A program made the translations under genes and the position numbers. A DNA stretch of 25,324 bases, taken from the NCBI GenBank assembly GCA_037478515.1, contig JBBFMJ010000001.1, positions 1-25,324 on the forward strand, read 5' to 3'. This document shows positions 16,087 to 24,324 of this stretch, piece by piece. Origin of the DNA: Thermoanaerobaculia bacterium. Lineage in GTDB: Bacteria; Acidobacteriota; Thermoanaerobaculia; UBA2201. Position 1 is the stretch's first letter. Each line of letters begins with the position of its first letter. The notes under the pieces were generated by a model. The model did not search any database. It saw nothing but the letters and a program-made list of their open reading frames with translations, and was not told where the DNA came from.

Positions 16087-17979
16087 ATGGCTACAAGAAG
16101 AATAGAACTTATGCTTTGTACTGGGACAGGTTGTGTGGCGGGGGGTGCCTTTAGAATAAAGGATGCCCTGGAGAAGGAAATAAAAAAACACAACCTTCAA
16201 AATGAAGTTTCTGTGGTTATAACTGGTTGTAATGGCTTTTGTGGGCAGGGTCCTATAATGGTTGTAAAACCAGACGATATTTTTTATGGTTTTTTAAATG
16301 AGCAGGAAATAGGGTATCTGGTGGAGGAACACCTTTTAAAAGGCAGGCCTGTAAAAAAATTTATGTTTACGCCCCCAGAAAAGAAGGAGCCCATTAAACT
16401 TTTGAGCGAAATTCCCTTCTTCCAGAAACAGATGCTTATTGTTTTAAGAAATAAAGGAATCATTGATCCGGAAAACATTGAAGAGTATATTGCCAGAGAT
16501 GGTTATGCTGCCCTGGAAAAGGTTCTAACCTCAATGAAGCCAGAAGAAGTCATAGAAGAGATAAAAAAATCTGGATTGAGGGGAAGGGGTGGTGCTGGAT
16601 TTCCCACGGGCCAGAAATGGGAAGTTTGTTTCAAACAGAAGGTTAAACCAAAATATTTAATCTGTAATTGTGATGAGGGAGATCCCGGCGCTTATATGGA
16701 CAGGTCTGTCTTTGAAACAGATCCCCATTCTGTAATTGAAGGTATGATAATTGCTTCCTACGCCTGTGATATAGATCAGGCATTTATTTATATAAGAACA
16801 GAATATCCCCTGGCAGTGCAGAGAGCAGCCAAGGCAATTCAGCAGGCAAAGGAATATGGACTTTTAGGGAAAAATATTTTGGGAACAAATTTTAGTCTGG
16901 ACATTGAAATAAGGGAAGGTTCAGGTGCCTTTGTATGTGGAGAAACCACTTCCCTGCAGCATTCCATTGAAGGTAAAAACCCAGAACCCAGGCAGAGACC
17001 TCCCAGGACTTCTGAAAAGGGCTTATGGGATCAACCCACAGTGGTAAATAATGTGGAAACCCTGGCAAATGTACCTGTTATCATTTTAAGGGGTGGTGAC
17101 TGGTATGCCAGCATTGGCACTGAAAAAAGCAAAGGGACTAAAATATTTTCTCTTGTAGGAAAGGTAAATAACACGGGCCTTGTGGAAGTTCCTATGGGTA
17201 TAACTTTGAGGGAAATGATTTATGATATAGGTGGTGGAATTCCAAAGGGGAAAAAATTTAAAGCAGTTCAAACGGGTGGTCCTTCTGGTGGCTGTATCCC
17301 AGAAAAATATCTGGATACACCTGTGGATTTTGAAACTTTAACTTCCCTGGGTTCAATGATGGGTTCTGGTGGTATGATTGTAATGGACGAAGATACTTGC
17401 ATGGTGGATGTAGCAAAATATTTTATACAATTTACCAATGATGAGTCCTGTGGAAAATGCACCATCTGCAGGGAAGGTTCAGGGGCTTTACTGGAGGTTT
17501 TAACAAGGATTACAGAAGGAAAAGGCAAGGAAAGAGATATTGAATATTTAGAAGAACTCTGTGCAGCCATAATTGATGGATCCCTCTGTGGTCTGGGAAA
17601 CAGTTTGCCCTATCCAGTTTTAACTACTCTTAAATATTTCAAAGAAGAATATGAAGCCCATATTAAAGAGAAAGCGTGCCCTGCCAGATCCTGTAAAAGT
17701 TTAATTAAATACTGGATTGATCCAGACAGGTGCGTGGGCTGTCTATTATGTATGAAAAACTGTCCCACCAATGCCATATCAGGGAAAACAAAATTTATCC
17801 ATACTATAAATTATGAATTATGTACAAAATGTGGAAACTGTTTTGATGTCTGCCCTGAAAAAGTAGGGGCAGTTAAAAAACTAACAGGTACTGAACCTGA
17901 AAAAGTGGTCTATTTAAAGGAGCCAGTTGCAGTGGGGGATTGGAAAAAACAAAAACAAGAGGAGGGAAAAAATGATTAA
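16087..17979 (+). CDS. NuoF/HndC/HydB-like NAD(P)H-binding flavoprotein, long form with extra FeS domains
   Basis: N-terminal Trx-like CTGTGC...GCNGFC; SGLRGRGGAGFPTG; CNCDEGDPGAYMDR; GAFVCGETTSL; NNVETLAN; GGPSGG; SCGKCTICREG/SLCGLG; EDTC and H...K.CPARSC site; C-terminal CVGCLLCMKNCP and CTKCGNCFDVCP. Confidence 0.93.
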   Translation: MATRRIELMLCTGTGCVAGGAFRIKDALEKEIKKHNLQNEVSVVITGCNGFCGQGPIMVVKPDDIFYGFLNEQEIGYLVEEHLLKGRPVKKFMFTPPEKKEPIKLLSEIPFFQKQMLIVLRNKGIIDPENIEEYIARDGYAALEKVLTSMKPEEVIEEIKKSGLRGRGGAGFPTGQKWEVCFKQKVKPKYLICNCDEGDPGAYMDRSVFETDPHSVIEGMIIASYACDIDQAFIYIRTEYPLAVQRAAKAIQQAKEYGLLGKNILGTNFSLDIEIREGSGAFVCGETTSLQHSIEGKNPEPRQRPPRTSEKGLWDQPTVVNNVETLANVPVIILRGGDWYASIGTEKSKGTKIFSLVGKVNNTGLVEVPMGITLREMIYDIGGGIPKGKKFKAVQTGGPSGGCIPEKYLDTPVDFETLTSLGSMMGSGGMIVMDEDTCMVDVAKYFIQFTNDESCGKCTICREGSGALLEVLTRITEGKGKERDIEYLEELCAAIIDGSLCGLGNSLPYPVLTTLKYFKEEYEAHIKEKACPARSCKSLIKYWIDPDRCVGCLLCMKNCPTNAISGKTKFIHTINYELCTKCGNCFDVCPEKVGAVKKLTGTEPEKVVYLKEPVAVGDWKKQKQEEGKND

Positions 17980-20900
17980 GATTATTGTGGATGGAAAAGA
18001 AGTAGAAATTGAAGGTGGTCAAAAATTAATTAAAGCAGTGGAAGCAGCAGGGGTAAAGGTTCCAACCCTTTGCTATCATAAGGCATTGAGCCCCTATGGT
18101 GCTTGCCGTTTGTGCGTGGTGGAGGTGGGGGCAAAGGGAAGGAGTAAATCCGTCCAGGCATCCTGTACTTACCCTGCCAGCGATGGGCTGGAAGTTTTGA
18201 CTAATACAGAGAGGGTAAGAAGGGTAAGAAAGATTGCTTTAGAACTTCTGCTTGCTAGGTGCCCCTCTTCTGAAACCATCCAGCTTCTGGCTGCTGAATA
18301 TGGGGTCTTTGAGCCCAGGATTGAAAAGAAAAATGAGGACTGTATAAATTGTGGGCTCTGCATTAGGATGTGTGAAGAGAGGATGGGAAGAAAGGTCTTA
18401 GGTTTTACAGGAAGGGGTCCAAGAAAAAAATTAGAGCCACCCTTTTCGGCAAAAAATCCTGCCTGCTGGGCCTGTGGTGCCTGTAATTTTATTTGCCCAG
18501 TGGGAAAGAAAGTTACAGATCTTACTACAGATCTGGAATTCAAACCCATTGAAGATAGATTCAATAGGGGTTTGAGCAGCAGGGCAGTTGCCCATATCCT
18601 CTATCCCCAGGCAGTACCAGCCAAGGCAGTTCTGGACCCAGAAAATTGTATTAGGTTAAATTATGATGCCTGTGGTATCTGCGCTGAAGTATGCGAACCC
18701 AAGGCAATAAATTTTGAAGACAAGGGTAAGGAGCTGGAAATAAATGTGGGTTCCATAATCCTTGCCCCTGGATTTGATCCTTACAAACCAGAGGAAAAGG
18801 AAGATTTGGGTTATAAAAAATTTCCAAATGTGGTTACCTCCATTGAATTTGAAAGAATCCTCTCTGCTTCAGGTCCCTACTGCGGAGAGGTAAAGAGGCC
18901 CTCTGATGGAAAACATCCAGAAAAGATTGCCTTTATCCAATGCGTTGGATCAAGAGAAAAGGAAAGAAACTGGTGCTCTTCTGTTTGCTGTATGTATGCC
19001 ACAAAGGAAGCAATTATGGCAAAGGAACATGCAGGGGAGAGTTTAAAATGTGATATCTATTTTATGGATGTGAGGGCATATTCAAAGGGTTTTGAACAAT
19101 ATTATGATAGTGCCAAGAAGCTGGGAATAAATTATATAAGGTGCAGGGTTCCAAAACTGGAGGAAAACCCAGAAAATAAAAATATCATAGTAACCTATCT
19201 TGGTGAGGATGATAGAAAATTAAAAGCAGAATATGATATGGTTATACTTTCCATAGGCCTCTGCCCTCCTTCAGATGCAAAGAAAATAGCTGAAAAATTT
19301 GGCATTGACTTGAACGAATTTGGTTTTGCTTCCTCTTCCACCTTCAAGCCAGTGGAGACAAAAAGGGAAGGGATTTACATTGCAGGTCCCTTCACGGAGC
19401 CCAAGGATATTCCAGAAACAGTAATGCAGGCAACTGCTTCTGCTTCTAAGGCACTTTCAGTGCTGGCTGATGTAAAGGGTCAGCTTATAAAGCCCATGGT
19501 ATTTCCTGAGGAAGTGGATGTTACAGGGCAGGAGCCCAGAATTGGGGTATTTGTATGCCATTGCGGAACAAATATTGCAGGAGTTGTAAATGTTCCGGAA
19601 GTGGTGGAATATGCAAAAACCCTTCCCAATGTGGTCTTTGCCACTAATACAATTTATACCTGCTCCAATGATACCCAGGAACTTATAAAACAAAAGATAA
19701 AGGAATACAATTTGAATAGAATTATTGTCTCTGCTTGCACTCCAAGAACCCATGAACCCCTTTTCAGAAATACTGTAAAGGAAGCGGGTTTAAATCCCTA
19801 TCTCTTTGAAATGGCAAATATAAGGGATCAAAACTCTTGGGTGCATATGCAGTTCCCCGATGCAGCAACTAAAAAGGCAAAGGACCTCGTCAGAATGGCA
19901 GTGGCAAAGGCAAGATTGCTAGAACCTTTACAGAACAGCTACATAGATATAATAAAAAATGCCCTGGTAATTGGGGGTGGTATTGCAGGTATGAAGGCAT
20001 CCATGGAGCTGGCAAATCAAGGATACAAAGTTTACCTTTTAGAAAAGACAGGGGAACTGGGTGGAAATTTAAGGAATATCCATTATTTATTAAACGGAGA
20101 AAATCCAAAAGAGGAGCTGGAAAAGATTATAAAAGAGGTAAAGGAAAATAAAAATATTGAAATTTACTTTAATGCAAAAATAGAAGAGGTGGAGGGCTCC
20201 GTGGGAAGGTATAAGACAAAGATAAAATCCAATGGAAATGAGTATGTTTTTGAACATGGAGTTGTAATAATTGCAATGGGTGGAAAGGAATATGAGCCCA
20301 AAGAATATATGTATGGAGAAGATGGAAGGGTCCTCACCCAGAGGCAATTGGAAGAAAAGATTGCAAAAAAAGAAATTAAACTTCCTGAAACTGTGGTAAT
20401 GATCCAGTGCGTGGGTTCCAGAGAAGGGGAAAGGCCATCCTGTTCAAGGATATGCTGCGGTATTGCCATAAAGAATGCATTAAAAATCAAGGAAATTTCA
20501 CCAAAAACCAATGTTTTCATACTTTACAGAGATGTAAGGGCTTATGGATTTAAAGAAAAGTATTACACTCTGGCAAGGGATAAAGGGGTAACCTTTATAA
20601 GATGGGATATTGAAGATGGAAAACCAGCCGTTTATAAAAATAATGGAAAAATATATGTTGATGTAAAGGATAAGATTTTGAATATGGAGCATACAATTCC
20701 AGCAGACCTTGTAGTTTTATCCACTGGGGTTATGCCTAACGAAGATCATAAAGAAGTTGCCCAGCATTTTAAGGTTCCGGTTACTGCAGAAGGATACTTT
20801 CTGGAAGCCCATATGAAACTCCGGCCTGTGGACTTTGCCACAGATGGTGTTTTCCTTGCAGGTCTTGCTCATTTCCCCAAGACCATTGATGAAAGCATAA

Positions 20901-21220
20901 TCCAGGCACAGGCATCGGCAGCAAGGGCAGCAACTATTCTTTCAAAGGACAAATTAGAGCTGGAAGCCACAATTTCAAAAGTCATTGATGAAAACTGCGA
21001 TGGTTGTGCTTACTGTGTGGATACCTGTCCTTACAAAGCCATTACCCTTCTGGAATATGTTTTTCAGGGCAGCATAAAGAAGACCGTGGAAGCCAATGAA
21101 AGCTTATGCAAGGGCTGTGGGACCTGTATGGCAACCTGCCCAAAGAAAGGTATTCTTGTAAAGGGCTTTACCTTGGAGCAGCTGCAGGCACAGGTCTTTG
21201 CAGCACTTGAACAATCTTAA
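17972..21220 (+). CDS. Fusion: NuoG/HndD-like N-terminal FeS region, remainder of HdrA copy 1, and a complete second HdrA/QmoB-like module
   Basis: Start reassigned from 17927 to ATG 17972 (SD AGGAGG). Res 1-178: PTLCY, GACRLCVVE, ASC, CINCGLCIRMC, CWACGACNFICP. Res ~192 onward: RFNRGLSSRA...YPQAVP, ENC...CGICAEVC, VGSIILAPGF, TSIEFERILSASGP, FIQCVGSR, CSSVCCMYATKEA, AGP...PKDIPETV. Then IGVFVCHCG.NI, ACTPRTHEPLF, NIRDQ, ALVIGGGIAG, MIQCVGSR, CSRICC, EAH.KLRPV, CDGCAYCVDTCP, CKGCGTCMATCP. Confidence 0.92.
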   Translation: MIKIIVDGKEVEIEGGQKLIKAVEAAGVKVPTLCYHKALSPYGACRLCVVEVGAKGRSKSVQASCTYPASDGLEVLTNTERVRRVRKIALELLLARCPSSETIQLLAAEYGVFEPRIEKKNEDCINCGLCIRMCEERMGRKVLGFTGRGPRKKLEPPFSAKNPACWACGACNFICPVGKKVTDLTTDLEFKPIEDRFNRGLSSRAVAHILYPQAVPAKAVLDPENCIRLNYDACGICAEVCEPKAINFEDKGKELEINVGSIILAPGFDPYKPEEKEDLGYKKFPNVVTSIEFERILSASGPYCGEVKRPSDGKHPEKIAFIQCVGSREKERNWCSSVCCMYATKEAIMAKEHAGESLKCDIYFMDVRAYSKGFEQYYDSAKKLGINYIRCRVPKLEENPENKNIIVTYLGEDDRKLKAEYDMVILSIGLCPPSDAKKIAEKFGIDLNEFGFASSSTFKPVETKREGIYIAGPFTEPKDIPETVMQATASASKALSVLADVKGQLIKPMVFPEEVDVTGQEPRIGVFVCHCGTNIAGVVNVPEVVEYAKTLPNVVFATNTIYTCSNDTQELIKQKIKEYNLNRIIVSACTPRTHEPLFRNTVKEAGLNPYLFEMANIRDQNSWVHMQFPDAATKKAKDLVRMAVAKARLLEPLQNSYIDIIKNALVIGGGIAGMKASMELANQGYKVYLLEKTGELGGNLRNIHYLLNGENPKEELEKIIKEVKENKNIEIYFNAKIEEVEGSVGRYKTKIKSNGNEYVFEHGVVIIAMGGKEYEPKEYMYGEDGRVLTQRQLEEKIAKKEIKLPETVVMIQCVGSREGERPSCSRICCGIAIKNALKIKEISPKTNVFILYRDVRAYGFKEKYYTLARDKGVTFIRWDIEDGKPAVYKNNGKIYVDVKDKILNMEHTIPADLVVLSTGVMPNEDHKEVAQHFKVPVTAEGYFLEAHMKLRPVDFATDGVFLAGLAHFPKTIDESIIQAQASAARAATILSKDKLELEATISKVIDENCDGCAYCVDTCPYKAITLLEYVFQGSIKKTVEANESLCKGCGTCMATCPKKGILVKGFTLEQLQAQVFAALEQS

Positions 21221-21236
21221 ATTAAAGAGGTGAAAT

Positions 21237-21653
21237 ATGTCTGAGAACTTTGAACCCTTCATAATTGCTTTTTGTTGTAACTGGTGTTCCTATGCAGCAG
21301 CAGACCTGGCAGGGGTCTCCAGGTTTCAGTATCCCCCTAATATGAGGCTTATTAGAGTTATGTGTTCTGGTATGGTGCATCCAAACCTTATAATTGATGC
21401 CTTGACAAGGGGTGCTGACGGCGTAATTGTTTGTGGATGCCACCCAGGGGACTGCCATTATCTTTCAGGAAATCTGGTTGCAAAGAAAAGGGAAGAGGGT
21501 ATCTATTTAATGCTGGATGACTTGGGGATTGAAAGGGACAGGTTCCGCTTGGAATGGATTTCTGCTGCAGAAGGAATTAAATTTTCTCAGGTTATGAAGG
21601 AATTCACCGAGCAAATAAGAAAACTGGGTCCCAGCCCTTATAGAACATTTTAA
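21237..21653 (+). CDS. mvhD: Methyl-viologen-reducing hydrogenase delta subunit ([2Fe-2S], MvhD/FlpD family)
   Basis: AFCCNWCSYAAAD, RLIRVMCSG, GADGV..CGCHPGDCHY, RFRLEWISAAEG. Confidence 0.95.
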   Translation: MSENFEPFIIAFCCNWCSYAAADLAGVSRFQYPPNMRLIRVMCSGMVHPNLIIDALTRGADGVIVCGCHPGDCHYLSGNLVAKKREEGIYLMLDDLGIERDRFRLEWISAAEGIKFSQVMKEFTEQIRKLGPSPYRTF

Positions 21654-21662
21654 GGAGTGCTT

Positions 21663-21854
21663 ATGAACCTCTCCAAAATATTTGAAGGAAAAAAATTTAT
21701 GTGGGATGGGGGGGAGTATAAAGATGAAAAGGAAGCCACAGAAGTGATGAATAAATACAAAAATGATGGTTTTGAGACCTATCTTTATAAGGAAAATGAT
21801 AAATATTATGTTTTTACAAGAAAAGTGGTATCAGAAATTAAGGTTGAAAGCTGA
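21663..21854 (+). CDS. Small hypothetical protein (63 aa) inside the Hdr-Mvh operon
   Basis: SD AAGGAG at 21652-21657, 5 nt before ATG 21663 (alternative GTG 21657). KKFMWDG...Y...GFE.....YYVFTRKVV; fills the gap between mvhD and mvhG; no Cys. Confidence 0.8.
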   Translation: MNLSKIFEGKKFMWDGGEYKDEKEATEVMNKYKNDGFETYLYKENDKYYVFTRKVVSEIKVES

Positions 21855-21859
21855 TGCCC

Positions 21860-21888
21860 TTGAAAATGTTTTAAAAAAAGCTTAATAT
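21860..21888 (+). promoter_or_regulatory. Candidate internal promoter upstream of mvhG
   Basis: TTGAAA (21860-21865), 17 nt, TAATAT (21883-21888); SD AAGGAGGT before ATG 21934. The region is AT-rich, so a chance match is possible. Confidence 0.45.
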
Positions 21889-21891
21889 AAA

Positions 21892-21911
21892 TTGAGAGTT
21901 GGGACTCTCAA
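21892..21911. repeat. Perfect 8-bp hairpin in the mvhG leader
   Basis: TTGAGAGT-TGGG-ACTCTCAA; no plus-strand U tract follows. Confidence 0.65.
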
Positions 21912-21933
21912 AATAAATAAATAAGGAGGTTTT

Positions 21934-22860
21934 ATGGCAGTAAAAGTTGCTAATGAATGTTTTGCCATCTGTCAGGGATGCGAAATTACCATCCTGGACA
22001 TCGGAGAAACCCTTCTGGAACTCCTTCCCCAGCTTGAATTTGTACATATGCCTGTTCTGATGGATCACAAACTCTTTGGTCAGACCGGTGAAAAAGATAA
22101 GATGGAGATACCTGAAGCAGATGTGGGAATCATCTCAGGAGGAGTGAGAAATGAGGAAAACAAAGAAGTTCTAAAGGAAATGAGAGCCAAATGCAAGACC
22201 CTTATTGCCCTTGGTTCCTGTGCCTGTTTTGGTGGGATTCCAGCCCTGGCAAATCAGTTTCAACTGGCTGAACTTTATGAAAAGGTTTACAGGCAATCCA
22301 AAAGTACTGATCCCGCCGAAACTCCTTCAAAAGAGGTACCCCCTTTGACAGATAGAGTTTATGCTTTGGATGAGATTGTAAAAGTAGATGTATATATCCC
22401 TGGCTGTCCAACTCAACCTGAAATTATTCTGGAAGCTTTAACTGCCCTTCTTCAGGGCAAGCCCTTCTCCCTGCCAGAAAGATCTGTGTGCGATGATTGT
22501 CCTACCCAGAGGCAGAAGAAAGCAGATATCTCCTTGAGAAGACCCCTGGAAAATGTAACAGATATTACAAAAAAAGTGGAAGAATCCAGATGTTTTATGG
22601 AACTGGGATATTTATGCCTGGGTCCTGTGACCAAGTCAGGTTGTGGTGGTCATGAGAAAGTTCCAAGGTGTATAAAAGGATATATGCCTTGCAGAGGTTG
22701 TTTTGGTCCTATCAGAAAGGGTGCAAATCCACTGGTGGAAATGATTGGTGCCTTATCATCCATTGGGCTTGATCCAAACCTGATCCCAGACAGGGCAGCA
22801 ACAATTCAAAGGTATATTGGTGCCCACAACAGGTTAAGACCACTACCAAAAAGACCATAA
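21934..22860 (+). CDS. mvhG: [NiFe]-hydrogenase small subunit, group 3c (MvhG-like)
   Basis: CQGCEITILD, ALGSCACFGGIP, YIPGCP, VCDDCP, RCF....LCLGPVT..GC, C....MPCRGCFGP; no Tat signal. Confidence 0.92.
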   Translation: MAVKVANECFAICQGCEITILDIGETLLELLPQLEFVHMPVLMDHKLFGQTGEKDKMEIPEADVGIISGGVRNEENKEVLKEMRAKCKTLIALGSCACFGGIPALANQFQLAELYEKVYRQSKSTDPAETPSKEVPPLTDRVYALDEIVKVDVYIPGCPTQPEIILEALTALLQGKPFSLPERSVCDDCPTQRQKKADISLRRPLENVTDITKKVEESRCFMELGYLCLGPVTKSGCGGHEKVPRCIKGYMPCRGCFGPIRKGANPLVEMIGALSSIGLDPNLIPDRAATIQRYIGAHNRLRPLPKRP

Positions 22861-22875
22861 TTTAAGGAGGAAAAA

Positions 22876-24318
22876 ATGAAAAAAATAGTTATACAACCCG
22901 TATCAAGGATTGAAGGACATGCAAAGGTAACAATCCAGCTGGACGATGCTGGAAATGTCCAGGACACCTGGGTAAATGTAATAGAACTAAGGGGCTTTGA
23001 AAAGTTCTGTATTGGAAAGCCCGTAGAGGAACTTCCCAGGATTGTGACTTCCATCTGTGGTGTCTGCCCCTGGTCTCACCATCTTGCCTCATCCAAGGCA
23101 TGCGATGCTGTCTTTGGTGTGCAGCCCCCACCTGCAGGTAGAAAATTAAGGGAACTCTGCAATTCCATTGCCTATACTGAAGAACACACTCTCCATTTTT
23201 ATTTTCTGGCAGGCGCAGATTTTGTAATGGGTCCTGATGAGGATTATTCTATAAGAAATGTAATTGGTATTGCCCAGAAATATCCAGACATAGGTAAGAA
23301 AGTTGTAAGGTGCAGGCATCTTGCAGCAGTTATGCTGGACATTGTTTCAGGAAAAGCAATCCACCCTGTCACTTCTGTTCCAGGGGGAGTAAGCAAACCT
23401 TTAAGGCAAGAAGAAGTTGAAAAATTAAAACCTATGGCAGAGGAAATGCTGGAATTTGCAAAATTTTCCATTGATTTTGCCAAGAAAAATATCTTCCCCA
23501 AATTTCTGGATGCAGTAAAAACCATTGGGGTAATTGAAACAGGTTTTCTGGGAACCGTAAAGGATGATGGTGCTTTGGACCTCTATGATGGGAAACTAAG
23601 GATGATGACCCCCGATGGGAAGTATGAGGACTTTACTTATGAACAGTATACTGATTTTATTGCTGAGCATATTGAGCCCTGGTCCTATTTGAAGTTTCCC
23701 TATATGAAGAAAGCAGGTGGTTTTTCTATGGACCTGGCAAATCCCAAAGGAATTTACAGAACCAATACCCTTGCCAGAATAAATGTATGTGATTATATTC
23801 CAACCCCACTTGCCCAAGCAGAACTGGAAGAATTCAGAAAGAATTTTGGAAGACCCTGTCAGCTTACACTCCTTTATAACTGGGCACGCCTTATAGAACT
23901 TTTATACAATGCAGAAATGGTTGTAAAACTTTTAAATGACCCAGAAATTACTTCCACTGATACCAGGGTTCCAGTAAAGCCCAGAGCAGCAAGGGGTATT
24001 GGCTGTGTGGAAGCCCCCAGAGGAACCCTCATCCACGATTATGAAACCGATGCCAATGGGATTGTTACAAATGTTAATTTAATTGTAGGAACTACCCACA
24101 ACAATGCTCCCATAAATATGTCTGTTAAGAAAACTGCCAAAGAACTCATAAAAGATGGAAAATATGATCAGGGAATTTTAAACCGCTTAGAGATGGCAAT
24201 TAGAGCCTATGACCCCTGCCTCTCCTGTGCTACACATAAGCTGGATGGTACCCTTCCTGTTAAAGTTGAAATAATTGACAAAAACTTCAAAAAAATAGAT
24301 ACCTTGGTAAATTATTAA
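22876..24318 (+). CDS. mvhA: [NiFe]-hydrogenase large subunit, group 3c (MvhA-like)
   Basis: PVSRIEGHAK, ELRGFEKF, L1 SICGVCPWSHH, EAPRGTLIHDY, TTHN, L2 RAYDPCLSCATH followed by a 26-aa cleavable C-terminal extension. Cys, not Sec. Confidence 0.94.
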   Translation: MKKIVIQPVSRIEGHAKVTIQLDDAGNVQDTWVNVIELRGFEKFCIGKPVEELPRIVTSICGVCPWSHHLASSKACDAVFGVQPPPAGRKLRELCNSIAYTEEHTLHFYFLAGADFVMGPDEDYSIRNVIGIAQKYPDIGKKVVRCRHLAAVMLDIVSGKAIHPVTSVPGGVSKPLRQEEVEKLKPMAEEMLEFAKFSIDFAKKNIFPKFLDAVKTIGVIETGFLGTVKDDGALDLYDGKLRMMTPDGKYEDFTYEQYTDFIAEHIEPWSYLKFPYMKKAGGFSMDLANPKGIYRTNTLARINVCDYIPTPLAQAELEEFRKNFGRPCQLTLLYNWARLIELLYNAEMVVKLLNDPEITSTDTRVPVKPRAARGIGCVEAPRGTLIHDYETDANGIVTNVNLIVGTTHNNAPINMSVKKTAKELIKDGKYDQGILNRLEMAIRAYDPCLSCATHKLDGTLPVKVEIIDKNFKKIDTLVNY

Positions 24319-24324
24319 AAATTT

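Noticed and set aside
14829-17979. Respiratory complex I (nuo) operon
   Set aside because: No NuoA-D or NuoH-N genes; the NuoE- and NuoG-like parts are fused to HdrA pieces.
17972-21220. [FeFe]-hydrogenase or formate dehydrogenase catalytic subunit
   Set aside because: No H-cluster motifs or molybdopterin domain follow the NuoG-like N-terminus.
13626-21220. Evidence for dissimilatory sulfate reduction or methanogenesis
   Set aside because: No apr, sat, dsr, hdrB or mcr genes in the window; QmoC and HdrA homology alone is insufficient.
21237-24318. Selenocysteine recoding in MvhD, MvhA or HdrA
   Set aside because: All relevant positions are Cys codons (for example DPCLSC uses TGC/TGT) and there is no in-frame TGA.
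13626-24318. Impression of higher GC and more CTG/GCC codons in the redox operon, suggesting horizontal transfer
   Set aside because: Not quantified, and Cys/Gly/Ala-rich proteins raise GC by themselves. GC3 and codon-usage analysis against the genome is needed.
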